Below the pieces are notes generated by a model that ran no database searches, was not told the origin of the DNA, and saw only the letters and a list, made by a program, of their open reading frames with translations. A DNA stretch of 64,000 nucleotides. Source: Spirosoma fluviale (GTDB lineage Bacteria > Bacteroidota > Bacteroidia > Cytophagales > Spirosomataceae). The stretch spans positions 5,732-69,731 of the forward strand of contig CAMDRO010000004.1 in NCBI GenBank assembly GCA_945906795.1, given 5' to 3'. Shown one piece after another: positions 11,184 through 21,602 of the stretch. The position numbers and the translations under genes were made by a program. Position 1 is the stretch's first letter. Each line of letters opens with the position of its first letter.

Positions 11184-13550
11184 TTAATCTTCTAAAAGGT
11201 CTGAAACCTCGTTTTTGTTGAGGCTCATTAAAAATGCCGGTAGTAAGATTAAGTTACAAATCATCGCCATGAGTAGTGTTATTGAAACCAATACTCCTAA
11301 GGCTTGAGTTCCTTTGAACGTTGACGCTGTAAAAATAAAAAATCCAAAAAACAAAATCATGGCCGTATAAAACATGGAAACTCCAGTTTTTTGAATGGTG
11401 ATTTGGATGGATTTTTTAATGTCAAAGGCGTTTTTGGCGAACTCTTCCTTGTATCGTGTTAGGAAATAAATGGTTCCATCACTAGATATTCCAAAGGCAA
11501 TAGAAAAAATTAAAATGGTACTAGGTTTAAGTGCAATTCCAAAATGCCCCATTAATCCTGCTGTGATCAGCAGAGGAATAAGGCTAGGTAATGTGGATAT
11601 GATGACCATTTTCCAACTCCTAAATAACAAGGCCATTAAAATGCATATTAAAAAAATGGCAGAAAGTGTACTTTCAATTAAATTGACCTGCAAATATTCC
11701 GTTTGAAAGGCATATATGACCGAATTTCCAGTGATTTTTGCAATGAATGTATTGGGATCTCCTTCTTTTTTCAGTTCGCCTGTTTCGGTATCTGTTAAAT
11801 AAATACTATCAATTCTAGGTTTTATTTCGTCAAACAATGCCCTAGTCCTTGTCGTGCCTGCATCCTGCATTTGAAAACTAATCCGAGTAAATCTTTTCTT
11901 TGAGTCGATAAACCCATTGAATAAATCATCTTTTCCATCTAAACTGGTTTGAAAGGAGGCTAATTTATTTAGTTCGTTGATACTTGGAAGTACAAAGTAT
12001 TTTGGATCACCCCCACGGTATACTTGATATAAGTATTTGGTAGCCGTTAAAATAGAAAGTCCTTGCGTGAACTCTGGGTATTCAGCTATTACTTTTTCGG
12101 TCCGCTTTATTTTAGTTAAAATTTCGGGACTTAAAGCGCGACCATCTTCTCGTGCATCAATGGATATTTCAAAAGGCATAACCCCTTTAAAATGTTTTTC
12201 TACAAACTTTAAATCAGTGTATATGGCATTGTCTTGAGGTAAGTCGTCCACGATATAGCCTATTGCTTTTATTTTTGTTAATCCATAAATAGAAAATGCT
12301 AAGATTACACCGACAAATAAGTAAATGGATTTTCTGTGATTTAGGACCCAAGCTTCCACGCGAAATAAAAATTTGCTCACTTTGGGAGATTCAAAATGGG
12401 CTAAATCTTTTGCTTCTGGAGGAGGTAAAAAACTGAAGAATATGGGTATTAATAATACTGAAATGGCAAATGTAAACATGACATTGATCGCAGCCACGAT
12501 GCCAAATTCAACCAATAAGCCAGATCCAGTAAATGCGAAAACGCCAAAACCAATGGACGTAGTCAAATTGGCTAAAAACAATGTCCTACCTATTTTAGAC
12601 GTACTTTCTATTAATGATTCCTCTTTATTTTGAGTGCGCAAAAATGTTTCATGGTATTTGTTCAATAAAAATATGACATTGGGTACCCCTATGACAACAA
12701 TCAAGGGAGGAATGAGGCCAGAAAGTAGCGTGATTTTAAAGTCAAATAATACGATCGTGGCTAATGACGCTATAATCCCCACTAGAATGACCATTAATGC
12801 AAAGAAAACAACCCTGATAGATCTGAAAAAATAGAATAAGATGATGGAAGTGACTAGGATGGCGAGGATTAAAAATATAGCCAATTCGTTCGTTACTTGG
12901 GACGTGTATTCAGTTCGTATAAAGGGCATGCCTGAGTAATGCACGGAATGACCCATTTTAGTGGAATACTGATCACCTAAACTTTTTATATGTTGGACTA
13001 ACTGAATTCTATTTTTATTATTTATCGTTTTCTGATCTAATGTGATCATCATTAGATGCACATTGAAATCTTTCGTGAAAATAAAATTAGTAAATAAGGG
13101 TAGGCGAGATAACTGATCATGTAAATGATCTAAGTTAATTTGGGTAATAGGTAATTTTGGGTCCCAAAGAGGCCTAGTCGAAAATTTGTTTGCCACAGAA
13201 TCAATGTATACTTCGGGCAAATTCGTGATCGAAAGTACATTTTTAATACCAGGTTGTTGTTTGATTTCTTGGGTTAAGGTATTCCAAGCGTTAAATTCTT
13301 TGGGTGTAAATAATTGGTCATTTTCGAGTCCAATAACCATGACATTGCCATCTTCTCCATATTTACTTTTGAAGTTTTCATAAAGTTGGAATCGCTCGTC
13401 TGATGTCGGGAGTATTTTTGCTAATTCGTAGCTAAGTTGTATTTGACTTGCTTGATAACCTAGGATACAGGTTAGGCCAACTAATATTCCTAAAATTTGA
13501 TATTTGAACCTTAATATATTTTCAGCAATTCGTAACCAAAAGTTTTTCAT
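11184..13550 (-). CDS. MMPL/RND-superfamily (HpnN/patched-like) exporter, 788 aa
   Basis: It has two blocks of ~6 TM helices, each preceded by a large soluble loop, which is the layout of SSD/MMPL transporters. The N-terminus is MKNFWLRIAENILRFKYQILG. Confidence 0.8.
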   Translation of the reverse strand: MKNFWLRIAENILRFKYQILGILVGLTCILGYQASQIQLSYELAKILPTSDERFQLYENFKSKYGEDGNVMVIGLENDQLFTPKEFNAWNTLTQEIKQQPGIKNVLSITNLPEVYIDSVANKFSTRPLWDPKLPITQINLDHLHDQLSRLPLFTNFIFTKDFNVHLMMITLDQKTINNKNRIQLVQHIKSLGDQYSTKMGHSVHYSGMPFIRTEYTSQVTNELAIFLILAILVTSIILFYFFRSIRVVFFALMVILVGIIASLATIVLFDFKITLLSGLIPPLIVVIGVPNVIFLLNKYHETFLRTQNKEESLIESTSKIGRTLFLANLTTSIGFGVFAFTGSGLLVEFGIVAAINVMFTFAISVLLIPIFFSFLPPPEAKDLAHFESPKVSKFLFRVEAWVLNHRKSIYLFVGVILAFSIYGLTKIKAIGYIVDDLPQDNAIYTDLKFVEKHFKGVMPFEISIDAREDGRALSPEILTKIKRTEKVIAEYPEFTQGLSILTATKYLYQVYRGGDPKYFVLPSINELNKLASFQTSLDGKDDLFNGFIDSKKRFTRISFQMQDAGTTRTRALFDEIKPRIDSIYLTDTETGELKKEGDPNTFIAKITGNSVIYAFQTEYLQVNLIESTLSAIFLICILMALLFRSWKMVIISTLPSLIPLLITAGLMGHFGIALKPSTILIFSIAFGISSDGTIYFLTRYKEEFAKNAFDIKKSIQITIQKTGVSMFYTAMILFFGFFIFTASTFKGTQALGVLVSITLLMAMICNLILLPAFLMSLNKNEVSDLLED

Positions 13551-13554
13551 AGAT

Positions 13555-14247
13555 TTAAAAGGCAGATTTCATTAGGCTTTCGGCGAGTTTTAAGTCCTCT
13601 GGTGTTGTTATTTTTAAATTGGCATAATCTCCATCCACTAAATGAATGGTTTCACCCGATGACTCAACAACACTGGCATCATCCGTAAATTTCGTACTAT
13701 AGGTTTGAATGAATGCCTTTCTTAAAGAATGTAAGGTAAATATTTGAGGTGTTTGAATGATTCGAATTTCATCTCTTTTGACAGACACATATTTCTGCAA
13801 AACGCTATCCCATTTTCTGATCGAATCTTTACTCGGAACAGATACTATGGCATTTCCATGCAATTCAGCATATTTAAAAGCAGATGAAATCAATTCTGGC
13901 TTAATTAATGGCCGAACACCATCATGAATAGCGATTAGACAATCTTCTGTTTCCTCGACGGCTGCTAGTCCATTTTGGCTGGAATGAAATCGGGTTTCGC
14001 CACCTTCAACCAAAATATGTGGAGTTTTTGTTACTATTTCCGGAAATTCAGTACATAATTTTGCCCAAAAATCCATTTGATTCTTGGGCAAAACAACATA
14101 TAATAAAATACTTGAATCTGCTTTTTTGAATTGATTTAATGTGTGAAATATTACAGGTTTCCCTTCTAGCAGTAAAAATTGTTTAGGTATAGTGCTATTC
14201 ATACGAAGACCAGTCCCACCAGCAACAATAATTGCGATTTTTTTCAC
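13555..14247 (-). CDS. ispD: 2-C-methyl-D-erythritol 4-phosphate cytidylyltransferase
   Basis: The motifs IIVAGGTGLRMNSTIPKQFL and AIHDGVRP are present, and the 230-aa length fits. Confidence 0.9.
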   Translation of the reverse strand: MKKIAIIVAGGTGLRMNSTIPKQFLLLEGKPVIFHTLNQFKKADSSILLYVVLPKNQMDFWAKLCTEFPEIVTKTPHILVEGGETRFHSSQNGLAAVEETEDCLIAIHDGVRPLIKPELISSAFKYAELHGNAIVSVPSKDSIRKWDSVLQKYVSVKRDEIRIIQTPQIFTLHSLRKAFIQTYSTKFTDDASVVESSGETIHLVDGDYANLKITTPEDLKLAESLMKSAF

Positions 14248-14257
14248 ACAATAAAAA

Positions 14258-15310
14258 TTAGATTATTAACATCACATCTCCATAACTAAAGAAGCGATAT
14301 TTTTCTTTAATAGCTTGTTTATAAGCTTCTTGTACTAATTCATAACTTCCAAATGCCGATGCCATCATATATAAAATAGATTCAGGTAAATGGAAATTAG
14401 TTAATAATGCAGTGGGTATTTTAAACTCGTAGGGAGGAAAAATAAATTTGTCGGTCCAACTATTTATCGGCTTTAAATGTCCACTCGCAGAAACGGAGGA
14501 TTCCAAAGCTTTCATCACGGTAGTTCCGATGGCCAATACATGTTTTTTATTATCCAATGCTCCGTTGACAAATCCACACGTAGCTTCATCTATAATAAAA
14601 TGCTCTGAATCTGTTTTATGTTTGGTCAAATCCTCAACGTCCACTTGTCTAAATGTACCTAGACCCACATGAAGCGTAATAGGGGAGAATTGAACTCCGT
14701 TTAACTCCATTTTTTTCATGATAATTTTGGAGAAATGGAGTCCGGCTGTTGGTGCAGCTACTGCGCCTACATGCTCTGCATAAATCGTTTGAAAACGCTC
14801 TCTGTCATCTTCCGTAGCCGCTCTTTTTAATCTAATTTCGTCTGGCAGCGGAGTTTCACCCAACTCGTGAATCGCTTGCATGAGCGCATCATGGTCCCCA
14901 TCATATAAAAATCGAATGGTACGTCCTCTTGATGTAGTATTGTCAATCACCTCGGCTACTAAATCTGAGTCGCCAAAATATAGCTTATTTCCAACTCTAA
15001 TTTTTCTAGCTGGATCTACTAAAACATCCCAAAGCCGATGCTCGCGATTTAATTCCCTTAAAAGAAAAACTTCAATTTGCGCTCCTGTCTTTTCCTTATT
15101 TCCATATAAACGCGCAGGGAATACTTTGGTGTTATTGGTAACTAATACATCACCATCTCCAAAATAGTCAATGATGTCTGTGAATTTTTTATGTTCAATG
15201 GTTTTTTCTTTTCGATTAATCACCATCATACGCGAATCTTCTCGATTTTCTGTAGGATTTAAGGCGATTAAACTTTGGGGTAAATCAAATCTGAATTCAG
15301 ATAATTTCAT
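14258..15310 (-). CDS. queA: S-adenosylmethionine:tRNA ribosyltransferase-isomerase
   Basis: The motifs [31 protein letters not shown] and TLHVGLGTF are present. The 20-codon upstream extension in the track (to 15370) looks spurious. Confidence 0.92.
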   Translation of the reverse strand: MKLSEFRFDLPQSLIALNPTENREDSRMMVINRKEKTIEHKKFTDIIDYFGDGDVLVTNNTKVFPARLYGNKEKTGAQIEVFLLRELNREHRLWDVLVDPARKIRVGNKLYFGDSDLVAEVIDNTTSRGRTIRFLYDGDHDALMQAIHELGETPLPDEIRLKRAATEDDRERFQTIYAEHVGAVAAPTAGLHFSKIIMKKMELNGVQFSPITLHVGLGTFRQVDVEDLTKHKTDSEHFIIDEATCGFVNGALDNKKHVLAIGTTVMKALESSVSASGHLKPINSWTDKFIFPPYEFKIPTALLTNFHLPESILYMMASAFGSYELVQEAYKQAIKEKYRFFSYGDVMLII

Positions 15311-15503
15311 TCGGATGGGTTTTGAATTAATAGTTGTCAAAATTAAACTCAAAATAGAGTTTAAATGCAATCAAAATAATGATTATTTTCACTGAGAAAA
15401 TTATCAATTTGCAAATATACACTTTTCAAAGGGGGCTTGTCAAGGTATATTTTTTAAAACCTTTATATAATCCTTTTGTTCTGCTTTAAATGAACTATAT
15501 GTT

Positions 15504-16802
15504 ATGAAAAAAGTTTCCATATTTTGGTTTAGGAGAGATTTGAGAATAGAAGATAATCATGGATTATTTCAAGCTTTGTCGGGTCCTTTTCCTGTTTTGC
15601 CAATTTTCATTTTCGATCAAGCTATTTTATCGCGTTTACCGACAGTAAAGGATGGCCGAGTTGAGTTTATTCACAAGGCATTAGAAGCACTTAAATGGAT
15701 GATTTGCCAACAAGGTGGCGATATTTTAATACTCCATGATCATCCAATCCGTGTTTTTGAGAAATTGACTCAAGAGTATGATATTCAACGTATTTATTTG
15801 AACCATGATCATGAGAAATACGCGCTTCAAAGAGATGAGGAAATTAAGCAGTTTGCAAGCTCAAAAAATATAGATTTCCACACATTTAAAGACCATGTGA
15901 TTTTTGAAAAGAATGAATTGCTCAGTGGTCAAGGTACTCCTTATACTGTCTTTACGCCTTATGCTAATAAATGGAAGGATCGATTGAATCGCGAACCCCT
16001 CACTATTTATCCATCAAAAAATTTGTCTAACTATGCCGATGTAAAATCTGATTTTCCTAGCCTAGAATCCATCGGTTTTGCTCCTTCAGGATTGTATTTT
16101 CCTGAAAAAATGGTTTCAGATAAAATAATTCATGAATATCAAACCTCCCGTGATTTCCCTGGGATAAACGGTACTTCGAAGCTTTCCGTTCATTTACGTT
16201 TTGGAACTATTTCAATCCGCTCTTTAGTATTACAAGCCCTTGGATTATCAGAAACTTGGTTAAACGAATTGATATGGCGTGATTTTTATTTTAATATTGT
16301 GTTTCATTTTCCGCACATTAGTCACGGTTTAGCCTTTCGGAAGGATTATGATCAAATTCAATGGAGAAACAATGAAGTGGAATTTGAGGCTTGGAAACAA
16401 GGTAAAACAGGATATCCCATGGTCGATGCAGGCATGCGAGAATTAAATCAAACGGGTTTTATGCACAACAGGGTTCGTATGGTAGTGGCCAGTTTTTTAG
16501 TTAAACATTTATTAATTGATTGGCGTTGGGGCGAAACATATTTTGCAGAAAAACTTCTCGATTTTGATTTTTCGGCCAATAATGGCGGTTGGCAATGGGC
16601 TGCCGGCTCTGGTTGTGATGCGGCACCCTATTTCAGAGTATTTAATCCAAGTTTGCAAGCAAAAAAATTCGACCCTAAATTTATTTATATTAAAAAATGG
16701 GTTCCAGAATTTCAGGAACTTACCTATGTAACTCCTATTGTCAATCACGAGTTTGCCAGAAATCGCGTACTTGAAGTATATAAGAGGGCTTTGGCTAAAT
16801 AA
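15504..16802 (+). CDS. Deoxyribodipyrimidine photolyase / cryptochrome-family flavoprotein
   Basis: The motifs WFRRDLRIEDNHGL, WRDFYF, GYPMVDAGMRELNQTGFMHNRVRMVVASFL and NNGGWQWAAGSGCDAAPYFRVFNP are present. Confidence 0.9.
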   Translation: MKKVSIFWFRRDLRIEDNHGLFQALSGPFPVLPIFIFDQAILSRLPTVKDGRVEFIHKALEALKWMICQQGGDILILHDHPIRVFEKLTQEYDIQRIYLNHDHEKYALQRDEEIKQFASSKNIDFHTFKDHVIFEKNELLSGQGTPYTVFTPYANKWKDRLNREPLTIYPSKNLSNYADVKSDFPSLESIGFAPSGLYFPEKMVSDKIIHEYQTSRDFPGINGTSKLSVHLRFGTISIRSLVLQALGLSETWLNELIWRDFYFNIVFHFPHISHGLAFRKDYDQIQWRNNEVEFEAWKQGKTGYPMVDAGMRELNQTGFMHNRVRMVVASFLVKHLLIDWRWGETYFAEKLLDFDFSANNGGWQWAAGSGCDAAPYFRVFNPSLQAKKFDPKFIYIKKWVPEFQELTYVTPIVNHEFARNRVLEVYKRALAK

Positions 16803-16806
16803 AAGG

Positions 16807-17598
16807 TCAATAAGCTGACTTTCCTTGGATCATGTAATTTTCTAAGTCGATACTAAGAAATCCTATTTTTAGATTGACCTCCATTTTAAAGGGTATTTGA
16901 TACTTATCTTGACTTATCCATAATCTAATGGCATCTTCATCTTTAAACATATTGTTTTTGGGTAAGACCAATGAAGTCCGTATACATTTTTTTGCACCCA
17001 ATTTTCCGTCCACAGTCTCAAATCCTTTGACAATAAACAATATATCATAGATGGTTCCGTCAAATAATATTTTTGCACTTAAAGACTGACCCACGCGCAT
17101 TTGGGTCAAATTTTTATCTCTTAAAAAGAAATATCCGCCAATGATGTCCATCATGCCTTTTGAAATAGGAACGGTTTTATTTATAGGTGTGTTTTGAGGC
17201 GAGTAAATTTTGGCTAAACCTTGACTTTGGTCAAATATAACGACTTCATTTTTTTTATAACGCCCTTCTATTTTTCTCATTTCTGTTTTTAAGGGCAATC
17301 GTGTTTCTATGGCTAAATTAGCTGACCAATAATCAATGACTGGACTAAATACATGTAAAATGCCAACCGTTTTTCCTTCTATTTCAATTTTTCTAGTAGG
17401 TGTGGATTGCAAAAATGTTATATTGGGTGAGCTTTTTACGGTGGCGCTTGCCGCATTAATGAATCCTAAGTGAATTCGATAGTCTAATAATTCGCTTTGA
17501 TTCAAAAACGATAAATCTTGCGCAAAAGAGCCGTTGGTAATGATCAGCAAACTGATGAAATACCATTTGATTTTTGCTGTAACAGTGGTATTTAACAC
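16807..17598 (-). CDS. Secreted DUF3108-like protein
   Basis: An N-terminal signal peptide is followed by ELLDYRIHLGFINAASATV, which matches my recollection of the DUF3108 N-terminal motif. The rest is beta-rich. Confidence 0.5.
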   Translation of the reverse strand: MLNTTVTAKIKWYFISLLIITNGSFAQDLSFLNQSELLDYRIHLGFINAASATVKSSPNITFLQSTPTRKIEIEGKTVGILHVFSPVIDYWSANLAIETRLPLKTEMRKIEGRYKKNEVVIFDQSQGLAKIYSPQNTPINKTVPISKGMMDIIGGYFFLRDKNLTQMRVGQSLSAKILFDGTIYDILFIVKGFETVDGKLGAKKCIRTSLVLPKNNMFKDEDAIRLWISQDKYQIPFKMEVNLKIGFLSIDLENYMIQGKSAY

Positions 17599-17679
17599 GT
17601 TAATTGAGTATTTTAAAATTGATTGAATTTATCCACTTAGTTTATCTAAAAAATTGATTAAATATTAATACGTATTTCC

Positions 17680-17687
17680 TATTTTTG
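17680..17687 (+). promoter_or_regulatory. Candidate -7 box (TATTTTTG) for recA
   Basis: The sequence matches TAnnTTTG 62 nt upstream of ATG 17749. Confidence 0.3.
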
Positions 17688-17748
17688 TTAAAGCGTATTG
17701 AAAGATACAATTTCAAAAAAGAACTTTCAAAATTATCAATAAATAAAC

Positions 17749-18813
17749 ATGGCAAAACAATCAGGCGATGCACAAGGCCTAGCTTCTGAAAAATTAAAAG
17801 CACTTCAAACTACCTTAGAGAAATTAGATAAAGCATATGGCAAAGGAACTGTCATGCGATTATCTGATAGTAAGGTGATGGATGTTCCTGTTATATCAAC
17901 GGGTTCATTGGGCTTAGACATAGCATTAGGGATTGGAGGGATTCCTCGCGGTCGTGTTGTAGAAGTATATGGACCTGAATCTTCAGGAAAAACGACATTG
18001 ACGCTTCATTGTATTGCTGAAGCTCAAAAAGCAGGAGGTCTAGCGGCTTTTATAGATGCGGAACATACCTTTGATCGTGCCTATGCTGAAAAACTGGGTA
18101 TCGATACTGAAAATTTATTGATTTCACAGCCTGATAATGGCGAACAAGCTTTGGAAATTGCAGAACATTTAATTAGTTCGGGTGCAATCGATATTATTGT
18201 GATTGATTCAGTGGCTGCGCTTGTTCCTAGGGCAGAGATTGAAGGGGAAATGGGGGACTCTAAAATGGGACTCCAAGCTCGATTGATGTCTCAGGCATTA
18301 CGTAAATTGACCGGAACCATCAATAAGACAGGTTGTTGTTGCATATTCATCAATCAATTACGCGATAAAATCGGTGTGATGTTTGGTAGTCCAGAAACAA
18401 CCACTGGAGGAAATGCCCTTAAGTTTTATGCTTCAGTTCGGTTGGATATTCGTCGAGCAGGTCAAATTAAAGAAAGTGCTGATTCCATTACTGGTAATCG
18501 GACTCGAGTTAAAGTGGTGAAGAACAAATTAGCGCCTCCATTTAAAGTAGTAGAGTTTGATATTATGTATGGCGAAGGTATTTCAAAAGCCGGTGAAGTA
18601 TTGGATTTGGGCGTTGACCTCAATGTCATTGATAAATCAGGTTCTTGGTTTTCTTATAATGGAAATAGACTAGGACAGGGAAGGGACGCTGTTAAGGATT
18701 TGATTAAGGATAATCCTGAATTAATGGATGAATTAGAAATGAAAATCAAAGAAAAAATTAAGGGCAATGACAATGCCTTGTTGGATAAAAAGCCAGTAAC
18801 TGAGGAAGAATAG
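17749..18813 (+). CDS. recA: Recombinase RecA
   Basis: The Walker A motif [10 protein letters not shown] is present, along with [12 protein letters not shown] and [17 protein letters not shown]. Confidence 0.97.
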   Translation: MAKQSGDAQGLASEKLKALQTTLEKLDKAYGKGTVMRLSDSKVMDVPVISTGSLGLDIALGIGGIPRGRVVEVYGPESSGKTTLTLHCIAEAQKAGGLAAFIDAEHTFDRAYAEKLGIDTENLLISQPDNGEQALEIAEHLISSGAIDIIVIDSVAALVPRAEIEGEMGDSKMGLQARLMSQALRKLTGTINKTGCCCIFINQLRDKIGVMFGSPETTTGGNALKFYASVRLDIRRAGQIKESADSITGNRTRVKVVKNKLAPPFKVVEFDIMYGEGISKAGEVLDLGVDLNVIDKSGSWFSYNGNRLGQGRDAVKDLIKDNPELMDELEMKIKEKIKGNDNALLDKKPVTEEE

Positions 18814-18835
18814 AATTACGATAAGTCTATAAAAT

Positions 18836-18865
18836 AAAAGGGAGTCAATTTTTTAACTCCCTTTT
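18836..18865. terminator. Bidirectional terminator shared by convergent recA and dnaA
   Basis: A perfect 10-bp stem is formed by aaaagggagt (18836..18845) and actccctttt (18856..18865), with a 10-nt loop. The A and T runs allow function on both strands. Confidence 0.7.
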
Positions 18866-18868
18866 ATT

Positions 18869-20308
18869 TTAATTAGAACTTAAGTTAAATCGATTAAAAA
18901 GGTTTCGAACTGTTTTTTCCACTGATTTGTCAGTTTCCATTGCCTCAGAGATGGACTGAACGGCGTGAATTACCGTACTATGATCTCTTCCTCCAAAATG
19001 ATATCCAATCGATTTTAATGGAAGGTTAGTTAATTCTTTTAGCATGTACATGGCAACTTGACGAGGAAATACATTTTCTTTTTTTCGACATTTGCCTTGT
19101 AATGTTTGTAGGTCTACATCAAAGTGAAGAGTGACAACATCTAAAATGTTGTCAACACTTAATTCTTTTTCCTGATCATTTACGATGCTTTTAAGCGTTG
19201 TTTTTGCTAATTCGATATCTATTTCTTTTCGAGTTAATGAAGCCTGTGCCATTAACGAAATAATGACTCCTTCTAATTCTCTAACGTTAGTCTGTATCGA
19301 GTTAGCTAAATATTCTAATACATCAATATTGATCTGAATTCCATCATCTTGAAGCTTTTTCTGAATAATGGCTATACGTGTTTCAAAATCTGGTTGCTGC
19401 AAATCTGCTGTAAGCCCCCATTTAAATCGACTAAGTAAACGATCTTCCATTCCAGCCAAATCTCTAGGTGCTCGGTCAGAAGAAAGGATTATTTGTTTTC
19501 CCGATTGATGTAAATGATTAAATATATTGAAAAAAGTTTCCTGCGTTTTTTCTTTTCCCGAAAGGAATTGAACATCATCGATAATTAATACGTCCACTTG
19601 TAAGTAAAAATTGGTAAAAGTTTCAATCGAATTATTTCTAATCGCATTGACAAATTGATTTGTGAACTTTTCGGTAGACACATATAAAACAAATTTTTCC
19701 GGGAATTGATCTTTAATTTGATTGCCAATGGCTTGGATTAAATGGGTTTTTCCCAGTCCCACCCCCCCATAAATCATTAATGGATTAAAAGATGTTAAAC
19801 CAGGCTTGTTCGATACGGCCATTCCGGCAGCTCTTCCTAGTCGATTACAGTCTCCCTCAATAAACTTATCAAATGTATATTTGGGTATTAAATAAGAATC
19901 AAGTTCTAAAGAATCCAAATCCTTAAACTGAAAAGGGTTTTTAGCGGCTTGAGGTTGATTACTTGAATACTTATCCGAATGCGAATTATATGAATTTTGA
20001 TTGGAATGGTTGGTCGGTAAATTAAATGCAATCGGAGGATTCTTTCGATCACCTTTGTCAATGACAACCGAATACTCTAACATTCCATTTTTACCTATGA
20101 CAAGGTCAATTGCTTTTCTGAAAATGGAAACATAATTTTCTTCTAGCCATTCATAAAAAAATTGTGAGGGAACTTCTAGGGTAAGTGTATTATTTGAGAA
20201 TTTTAAAGGAACAATGGGAGTGAACCATGTATTGAAATTATGCTCTGATATATCTTCTCTGATAATCATCAAGCACTTATTCCACAATTCGTTAACTCCC
20301 TTTTGCAT
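18869..20308 (-). CDS. dnaA: Chromosomal replication initiator DnaA
   Basis: The AAA+ motifs NPLMIYGGVGLGKTHL and DVLIIDDVQFL are present. The C-terminal DnaA-box-binding domain shows PRQVAMYMLKELT and GGRDHSTVIHA. Confidence 0.97.
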   Translation of the reverse strand: MQKGVNELWNKCLMIIREDISEHNFNTWFTPIVPLKFSNNTLTLEVPSQFFYEWLEENYVSIFRKAIDLVIGKNGMLEYSVVIDKGDRKNPPIAFNLPTNHSNQNSYNSHSDKYSSNQPQAAKNPFQFKDLDSLELDSYLIPKYTFDKFIEGDCNRLGRAAGMAVSNKPGLTSFNPLMIYGGVGLGKTHLIQAIGNQIKDQFPEKFVLYVSTEKFTNQFVNAIRNNSIETFTNFYLQVDVLIIDDVQFLSGKEKTQETFFNIFNHLHQSGKQIILSSDRAPRDLAGMEDRLLSRFKWGLTADLQQPDFETRIAIIQKKLQDDGIQINIDVLEYLANSIQTNVRELEGVIISLMAQASLTRKEIDIELAKTTLKSIVNDQEKELSVDNILDVVTLHFDVDLQTLQGKCRKKENVFPRQVAMYMLKELTNLPLKSIGYHFGGRDHSTVIHAVQSISEAMETDKSVEKTVRNLFNRFNLSSN

Positions 20309-20710
20309 TTTTATTCTTATAATTGATAATATGGCTTAATAAAGTTTTAAATGATAAACCCTTGAGAGGTATTATATCAAGTAAATTTTTATAAAATGAT
20401 TTTAAGGCTTTGACTAAAAAAATGTAAAATTATTTTTAGCGGGGTGACAAAAATAGTAAAATTCGGGGTTCTTACAAATTTGAAAAATAAATAAATGTGT
20501 GTTTTTTTTATAAAAAAAAGTGCTAATAATTTGGAAATAAAAATTGTTCAATTTTTATAGACCTTATTCGTGTTTTGACTTGAAAAAGTTAAATAAAAAA
20601 AATATTTATTTTTTTGAATAAAAAACGTATTTATTTTAGAGTCTTTAGGTGTAATAATATATAAGTAATTGATTATAAATTAGTTATGTAAAAAATAGAA
20701 AATTTTTAAA

Positions 20711-21559
20711 CTAATTTACGACGACTAAACTTTTTGGGAAAATATTTATTTTAACCTGAGTGCAATCGGAAATTAATGATTCTCCATCTATGTGATAACA
20801 TAATCCCTTTTTAATAGAAAACTCAAAAATATCGAGTGATTTTATCACTACTTTTGGGTGCGTTGGAATGGTTTTTAAAAATAGTCTGATTCCAAGTTGG
20901 GCTTTTTCAACAAAATTTAATGGACTTATCTTAACAACTTCAAAAAGAGCATCTTGAATATTAGATAACGGTGATATATATGCGTTATTCCCAAATTGGT
21001 TTGCATTGGCGATACTTAGTGAAAATATATATTCTATTTGCTTGTTTATTTCAACTTGTATGGGAACATATCGTAAGGATGACCTAAGGGTGGATTTTAT
21101 GTAATTCAAAAAACCTCGATGTTGAGTCTTTGAAAATGCTTCTGCCACATAAGCATCAAAACCTATTCCTGCGGTGCAAAAAAATGGTTTTTGATTCCAT
21201 GTCAAACTATCTATTGCCCTATTTTCACCATGTAAAGCCTTGTTTAAAGCGGATTTGAAATCCATAGGAATATTTAAGTGCCTAGCAAGTCCATTTCCGG
21301 ATCCAATGGGGATAATTCCTACAGGTATTTTTGTATGAATTAGTTCAGACGCCACTTCATTAATGGTACCATCTCCCCCAACAACTATTATTTTGGTAGC
21401 TTGTTGGCTGATCGCTAATTTTGCTAATTCACCCCCATGGCCAGAAAATTCGGTAAAATGTAGACTTGAATTTTCAATTTTATTCAATTTTTGAATCAAT
21501 TGAGCTTTGCTTGACGTACTTTTGCTACCTGATTTTATATTTATAATAAAGAAAATCAT
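20711..21559 (-). CDS. Diacylglycerol-kinase-catalytic-domain lipid kinase (YegS/BmrU-like)
   Basis: The DAGK_cat motif VVGGDGTINEV and IPIGSGNGLARHL are present, and the 282-aa length fits. Confidence 0.8.
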   Translation of the reverse strand: MIFFIINIKSGSKSTSSKAQLIQKLNKIENSSLHFTEFSGHGGELAKLAISQQATKIIVVGGDGTINEVASELIHTKIPVGIIPIGSGNGLARHLNIPMDFKSALNKALHGENRAIDSLTWNQKPFFCTAGIGFDAYVAEAFSKTQHRGFLNYIKSTLRSSLRYVPIQVEINKQIEYIFSLSIANANQFGNNAYISPLSNIQDALFEVVKISPLNFVEKAQLGIRLFLKTIPTHPKVVIKSLDIFEFSIKKGLCYHIDGESLISDCTQVKINIFPKSLVVVN

Positions 21560-21602
21560 ACTTTATTTTTAAGGCCGTAAAGTTAACATTAAATAATTCG
21601 AT

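Noticed and set aside
17629-17637. DnaA-box-like 9-mer TTATCCACT (8/9 to TTATCCACA) upstream of recA
   Set aside because: It is a single isolated near-match. Other 8/9 matches in the window (for example about 3065, 16918 and 60150) lie within coding sequence and do not cluster. This is insufficient to call an origin or a DnaA-regulated promoter.
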